From contig CAYQPQ010000001.1 in assembly GCA_964420045.1 (NCBI GenBank), positions 21,444 through 85,443 of the forward strand: a DNA stretch of 64,000 bases, in the 5' to 3' direction. Within the stretch, counting starts at the first letter, position 1; every line of letters begins with the position of its first letter. The DNA comes from an uncultured Bdellovibrionales bacterium (GTDB taxonomy: Bacteria; Patescibacteriota; Minisyncoccia; Moranbacterales; UBA1568). This document shows positions 59,150-64,000 of the stretch, one piece after another. Both the position numbers and the translations under genes were made by a program. The notes below the pieces were generated by a model. The model was not told the origin of the DNA. It saw nothing but the letters and a program-made list of their open reading frames with translations, and did not search any database.

Positions 59150-59461
59150 TTATTTCTCCCCGCGAACAATATCCGCCAGCACGCTCATATCATCATCCGC
59201 CGCAAGGCGGTTCTTTTTTCCGTATCCGCAAACAAGGCAATGATGCCGCATTTGCCATTCCCCATGCTCGAGCCATGCTGAAACAGGCGCCATCAATCCG
59301 CCGCACGCCGCCGCCCGATCGCCGGGATAGACATCGACATGCCGGCTCCATAAACACTTCGGACAATGGTTAGTATAGCCATTTCCTTTCACGGAAGCAT
59401 GGCAATATCCGCACGAGAAATCCTCCGCGCGCTTTTGAAATCGTTGTGAAGACATACTCAT
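59150..59461 (-). CDS. RNHCP-domain protein.
   Basis: ...FSCGYCHA...GYTNHCPKCLWSRHVD...HCLVCGY... The Cys/His spacing matches the RNHCP zinc-ribbon-like domain. Confidence 0.6.
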   Translation of the reverse strand: MSMSSQRFQKRAEDFSCGYCHASVKGNGYTNHCPKCLWSRHVDVYPGDRAAACGGLMAPVSAWLEHGEWQMRHHCLVCGYGKKNRLAADDDMSVLADIVRGEK

Positions 59462-59596
59462 CGCTATACCAAGAATTCGACATTCCGTCAAATTATTCCT
59501 CGTGAAAAAGCGCGTGATACTTGACAAAGATGCTTATTTGGAGGATAATCGACAGATTGCTCGCATACCCTTTTATTCGACATAATATACCGCTTT

Positions 59597-60715
59597 ATGA
59601 GTCTTCCCTTCTCAATGCCAAAGATGCCAAAGCGCTCAATGATTGTTCGGACACTTGTGATTTTCCTCATCCTCCTTAGCGGCAGCATCTTCCTTTCAAA
59701 GAAAAGTACGTCAGAGCCGCAAGCAAGCCCGTCGGAAAACACCGAGACGCCTCCGATTCATGTCACCCTCAAAAAGGCTGGCGACCTCAAAACAACCGTC
59801 ACTACGAATCATCTTCCCGGCGTCATCGTTTCCGAAAACGAGACAAAAATTTTCGCTGCCGCTTCCGGCACGGTTGCCACAGCTCCATTTGAAGTTGGCG
59901 ACGCAGTTGCACTCGGAACAGTGCTTTTGCGCATCGATACGCCATTCATATCGGCAACTTCCAAAGACGGATTGCCGTCGGATACGATTCGACAGGCGGA
60001 AATCGCCGTTTCTCTTGCAAAGAAATCCTACAAAGATGCCGATCGGCTTGCCGAAAAAGAAAGTACCAAGAGTGTTGCCAATACACTCGCAAGAGACCTC
60101 GCCAAACTCCGCCTCGAGAGCGCCGAAATCGCACTCGAGAATGCTCGAAACAACGCGCTGGTCCGAGCTACGCTCTCCGGTGTCATCTCAAAGAAAAATG
60201 TCGCCATCGGAAGCACCGTCTCCCCCGGAACCGAGCTCTTCACGCTCGCTTCCGGTTCTGCGCCCTCGATACGCTTTCACGTTTCCAATACCATTCATCA
60301 GGGACTCTCTCGTGGCGAGAGCATAGCCGTGCATTCGGGAGAGATATCTTCCGAGGCGCGGATCACCTCCATTGGAGCCGTTGCCGATCCAAGCACGGGG
60401 AAATTTCCAGTTGAGGCGAAGCTTGCAAACAGCAACCTGCGCGCGGGAACCGTCGCGACGGTCAATCTGACATCGAAAGACACGCTCGCCGAAACACACA
60501 CATTTTCTCTTCCGCTCTCCGCCATTACCACCGGTCAAGACGGATCATTCTTCTTTGTTCAAGAATCCGGAAAAGCAAAGAAAGTGAACGCCACATCCAT
60601 CACGGTCTCAGGAGAAACCGGTATCGTATCGGCGGATATTTCGAATGATGCCGAGGTGATCGTCGGGAGCGGAAAAGCCCTCGAAGAAGGAGTGTCAATC
60701 GACACCGAGGCATAA
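59597..60715 (+). CDS. Efflux RND transporter periplasmic adaptor (membrane-fusion protein, HlyD family).
   Basis: N-terminal TM, coiled-coil hairpin region, then beta-barrel and MP domains. 372 aa. Confidence 0.7.
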   Translation: MSLPFSMPKMPKRSMIVRTLVIFLILLSGSIFLSKKSTSEPQASPSENTETPPIHVTLKKAGDLKTTVTTNHLPGVIVSENETKIFAAASGTVATAPFEVGDAVALGTVLLRIDTPFISATSKDGLPSDTIRQAEIAVSLAKKSYKDADRLAEKESTKSVANTLARDLAKLRLESAEIALENARNNALVRATLSGVISKKNVAIGSTVSPGTELFTLASGSAPSIRFHVSNTIHQGLSRGESIAVHSGEISSEARITSIGAVADPSTGKFPVEAKLANSNLRAGTVATVNLTSKDTLAETHTFSLPLSAITTGQDGSFFFVQESGKAKKVNATSITVSGETGIVSADISNDAEVIVGSGKALEEGVSIDTEA

Positions 60716-60797
60716 CGGCATAACCCAAACACCGAGAGGTATTTCTCTTTCAAGAAGCAGTCGAAACACAAAAATTCATCCATTATGATTGCCCTAT

Positions 60798-63700
60798 ATG
60801 TCACCACGGTCACAGAATACCCCGCCCGACGCATCATCTGATTCGGAGTATTTAAAAAAACTCGAATTCGATCCGGAACTCCGAAAGAGCGCTTTCAATT
60901 TCTTTGTCACGCGCCCACGGGTTATTCTCCTCCTGATTACTGCGATTTCTATTTGGGGACTCTGGTCGTTTTTCCAGCTGCCGCGCGAGTCCAATCCGGA
61001 AATTAAAATCCCTATCGGTATTGTTGTCACACCCTTCCCGGGAGCCTCGCCGTCGGATGTCGAAGAACTCGTCACCAAGAAGATAGAAACAAAAATAAGC
61101 GGACTTTCCGGCATCAAAAAGATAACGTCAAATTCCGCGAATTCCCTCTCATCCGTCACGGTCGAGTACGAAGCGAGCGAACCAATAGATGATGCTATCC
61201 GCAATCTCCGCGACGCCGTTTCGGAAGTAAAAACCGATCTCCCGGATGATGCCGAAGATCCTTCCGTCAAAGAGATTTCTTTTGATGATCAGCCAATACT
61301 GACCATTGCTCTTTCCGGTCCACTTGACGGACTCGCGCTTCGTTCGATCGCAGACACCGCAAGCGACGAACTCAAAAAGATTCCTGGCGTCCGAGAGGTT
61401 CACGTTTCCGGTGGCGACGAACGCGAATTCTCCGTCGCCTATGATCCAACAAAACTCTCCGCATTCGGCATATCTCCCGACGAAGCGAATCGAGCCATCG
61501 CTCTCACAAACAGGGCGATTCCCGCCGGCAGTTTCGACGGAACGAGATTCTCCTACCCCATACGAACCGACGCGCGATTCTTCACGGCGGAAACGCTCGG
61601 AAATATTCCCATCCGCTTCTCAACAAACGGCGCCGCGGTTCTTCTCAAGGACATCGCCACCGTCGAGGAGCGAGCTATCAAGCGAACCGTCCTCTCGCGA
61701 CTTTCCCTTGCGGGGTCAGAACCGGAAAGCGCTGTCACACTGGATATCGTCAAGCGGACCGGCGGATCAATCATTGAAACCGTTGACGAGGCAGAAGCGA
61801 CTATGGATCGACTGTCTGCAAGTTTTCCCGGCGGTGTGAAGTGGACAACAACCGTTGATCTTGCCAAAGAAATCCGCAAAAATTTCGACGAGTTGACTCG
61901 CGACTTCTTTCTCACCGTCGGACTCGTAGTTGGTACGCTTATTCTCATCGTCGGATTGAAGGAAGCTATCATTGCCGGACTCACCATCCCGCTCGTGTTT
62001 TTCATTACATTCGGCACGATGCTTCTTTCGGGCACATCTCTCAACTTCCTTTCACTCTTCTCTCTTCTTCTCTCGATGGGACTCCTGGTCGACGATGCCA
62101 TCGTCGTAGTGTCTGCCACCAAACAATACCTCCGCACCGGGAAATTCACGCCGGAAGAAGCGGTCCTCCTCGTCTTACGCGATTTCAAAGTCGTACTCAC
62201 CACGACCACATTGACAACCATGTGGGCGTTTCTTCCGCTCCTCCTCGCCACCGGCATGATCGGACAATTCATAAAGTCCATTCCCATCACCGTCTCCGTC
62301 ACGTTGACCGCCTCCCTTGGCATCGCTCTCATGATCAATCATCCGCTCGCCGCCGCACTCGAGCGCATTCGATTTACAAAAAACTGGTTCGTAATTGCCA
62401 TGCTGCTCCTCCTCGGATTAGGTATCTCCGGTGCGCTCTTTGGCAACCTCTGGGGATTTGCTCTTGCAGCCGTGTCGTTCATCATCATGATACGACTTGC
62501 ACTCTGGTATTTCCTCCGTGAAGGAAACGTTGTGCTCACGAGAAATTCTCTACTCGTCGATTCGGAATGGAACGATGAGAATCTCATAAAATCCCGACTC
62601 AAAGAAGCGGGCAATCGGGAAAATGGAAGTTTCAAAGATCGCCTCATTCACGGCATCATTCATTTTGACCGCATCATCCCACCCTATGAACGACTGCTCC
62701 GCAGCGTCCTCTCAAGCACTCGACGAAAATGGATCGTTCTCCTCGGAACCGGAGCACTCTTCGTAAGCGCTGTTCTCTTGCCGGTTTTTGGCATTGTACC
62801 CGTAGAATTCTTCCCTGCATCCGATGAAGAACTCATCTTTATCAATATAGAGGCGCCAATAGGACTCAAGCTCAATGAAACGGATGCTCTCGTACAACGA
62901 ATCGAACACAAACTTCTGGCGTATCCTGAAATTGTGAACTTCTCAACTGTTGTCGGGAATGCCGGCGTTTCCCAAGACGGCACCGGAAGTACCGGCGGGA
63001 ACGCCTCACACCTCGCCGGCATTGTTATTAAGCTCTCCGACAAGCACGATCGCACCCGCACATCTTCGACAATTGCCGACGCACTTCGCAATGACTTCTC
63101 CGATATTCGAGACGCCGACATTCGCGTCGCAAGCCAGCAAGGCGGACCGCCATCGGGATCCGCTTTCGAAGCACGCATCTCGGGCGATGATCTCAAGACA
63201 ATCGACGGAATCGTACACGATCTCAAAGGTATTCTTGCTGCTATCCCTGGCACGACCAATATCAACAGCTCCCTCAAAAGCGCTCCCGCGGACTATACAT
63301 TCTCACTCGATCACGACCGCCTCGCTTTCTACGGACTCGATGCAACCAGTGTCGGAAGCACGCTTCGTATGGCGATTTCCGGAACCGAAGTCACCACCGT
63401 CCTGCGCGACAACAAAGAAATTAGTGTCAATGCGCGCTTCTCGGAACAATCAATGCCTTCACTCGACGATGTTCGCGGCATTGAATTTCACAACGCTTCC
63501 GGAGCAGTTATACGCCTCGGCGATATTGCCACGGTCGAACTCAAGCCATCGGTTGATTCCATCACCCGAATCGATCAAAAGCGAACCGCACTCCTCTCTG
63601 CCGGCGTCAACGCCGATGTTCGCCCCGCTTCCGTGCTTGCTACATTTCAGAAAAAAGTAAAGGACGACTACCATCTCCCCAGCGGCTACTCCATTACCTA

Positions 63701-64000
63701 TGGTGGTGAGAACGAACAAAATCAGGAATCAGTCGCTTCGATTCTCCGCGCGCTCGTCATCGCCATTGCACTGATCATTGCGACACTCATCATCCAATTC
63801 AACTCTATAAAGCAAGCGGCTATCGTCCTCACGACACTCCCCCTTGCCTTGATTGGCGTTTTCGTTGGCATGGCAATATTCCGCGTCTCCCTTTCCTTCC
63901 CAGGACTCATCGGCATTCTCGCTCTCTTTGGTATCGTTGTAAAAAATGCCATTATCCTGATCGATAAAATGAACCTCAACTGGGCAAGCGGACTCGAACA
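60798..64000 (+). CDS. RND family efflux pump (AcrB/HAE1-like), partial; it continues past the window end.
   Basis: Manual translation from the ATG at 60798 gives ...RPRVILLLITAISIWGLWSFFQLPRESNPEIKIPIGIVVTPFPGASP... It has periplasmic loops and multiple TM blocks. It is open to position 64000 and absent from the ORF track because no stop falls in the window. Confidence 0.85.
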   Translation, partial: MSPRSQNTPPDASSDSEYLKKLEFDPELRKSAFNFFVTRPRVILLLITAISIWGLWSFFQLPRESNPEIKIPIGIVVTPFPGASPSDVEELVTKKIETKISGLSGIKKITSNSANSLSSVTVEYEASEPIDDAIRNLRDAVSEVKTDLPDDAEDPSVKEISFDDQPILTIALSGPLDGLALRSIADTASDELKKIPGVREVHVSGGDEREFSVAYDPTKLSAFGISPDEANRAIALTNRAIPAGSFDGTRFSYPIRTDARFFTAETLGNIPIRFSTNGAAVLLKDIATVEERAIKRTVLSRLSLAGSEPESAVTLDIVKRTGGSIIETVDEAEATMDRLSASFPGGVKWTTTVDLAKEIRKNFDELTRDFFLTVGLVVGTLILIVGLKEAIIAGLTIPLVFFITFGTMLLSGTSLNFLSLFSLLLSMGLLVDDAIVVVSATKQYLRTGKFTPEEAVLLVLRDFKVVLTTTTLTTMWAFLPLLLATGMIGQFIKSIPITVSVTLTASLGIALMINHPLAAALERIRFTKNWFVIAMLLLLGLGISGALFGNLWGFALAAVSFIIMIRLALWYFLREGNVVLTRNSLLVDSEWNDENLIKSRLKEAGNRENGSFKDRLIHGIIHFDRIIPPYERLLRSVLSSTRRKWIVLLGTGALFVSAVLLPVFGIVPVEFFPASDEELIFINIEAPIGLKLNETDALVQRIEHKLLAYPEIVNFSTVVGNAGVSQDGTGSTGGNASHLAGIVIKLSDKHDRTRTSSTIADALRNDFSDIRDADIRVASQQGGPPSGSAFEARISGDDLKTIDGIVHDLKGILAAIPGTTNINSSLKSAPADYTFSLDHDRLAFYGLDATSVGSTLRMAISGTEVTTVLRDNKEISVNARFSEQSMPSLDDVRGIEFHNASGAVIRLGDIATVELKPSVDSITRIDQKRTALLSAGVNADVRPASVLATFQKKVKDDYHLPSGYSITYGGENEQNQESVASILRALVIAIALIIATLIIQFNSIKQAAIVLTTLPLALIGVFVGMAIFRVSLSFPGLIGILALFGIVVKNAIILIDKMNLNWASGLE

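Noticed and set aside
1-64000. CRISPR arrays, rRNA genes, transposase or integrase genes, and prophage.
   Set aside because: No regularly spaced direct repeats, rRNA-like conserved blocks, DDE or tyrosine-recombinase ORFs, or phage structural genes were seen. The holin-like plus amidase pair is better explained as a yqjDEK-type stress cluster.

Overview
This 64-kb window has the gene content and density typical of a small-genome bacterium, possibly a CPR/Patescibacteria lineage. That lineage guess is inferred from gene content only: DKNYY, lamin-tail-domain and DUF4870 proteins, a type IV pilin-like protein, an anaerobic ribonucleotide reductase, and no respiratory genes. Housekeeping genes I recognise are rpoB and rpoC, ftsK, uvrB, metG, glyQS, tgt, pyk, rsmI, tatD, htpX and lemA, the nrdD/nrdG system, a zur-znuACB zinc-uptake operon, one tRNA-Ser(CGA), and a partial RND efflux pump with its membrane-fusion subunit. 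Several things the gene list does not explain are worth a second look:
- nrdD is fractured: the protein ends just before the glycyl-radical motif, and the Zn-ribbon plus glycyl-radical domain sits in a separate 83-aa ORF, with a MazG-like gene inserted between them.
- A roughly 960-bp GC-rich stretch at 58186-59149, between convergent genes, has no plausible ORF; it looks like a large structured RNA that I cannot assign to a known family.
- Two families of hairpin (MITE/REP-like) repeats are present, and they share a core motif.
- Family 1 is a 161-bp element, nearly identical at two loci plus a divergent hybrid copy. Each copy sits 13-29 bp upstream of a minus-strand gene start.
- Family 2 is roughly 90-120 bp. 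Inverted copies bracket znuB and also form a nested palindrome block upstream of pyk.
- There is a candidate Zur operator/promoter, and a cluster encoding secreted FN3, LamG and pilin-like surface proteins.

No CRISPR array, rRNA, transposase or integrase was seen.
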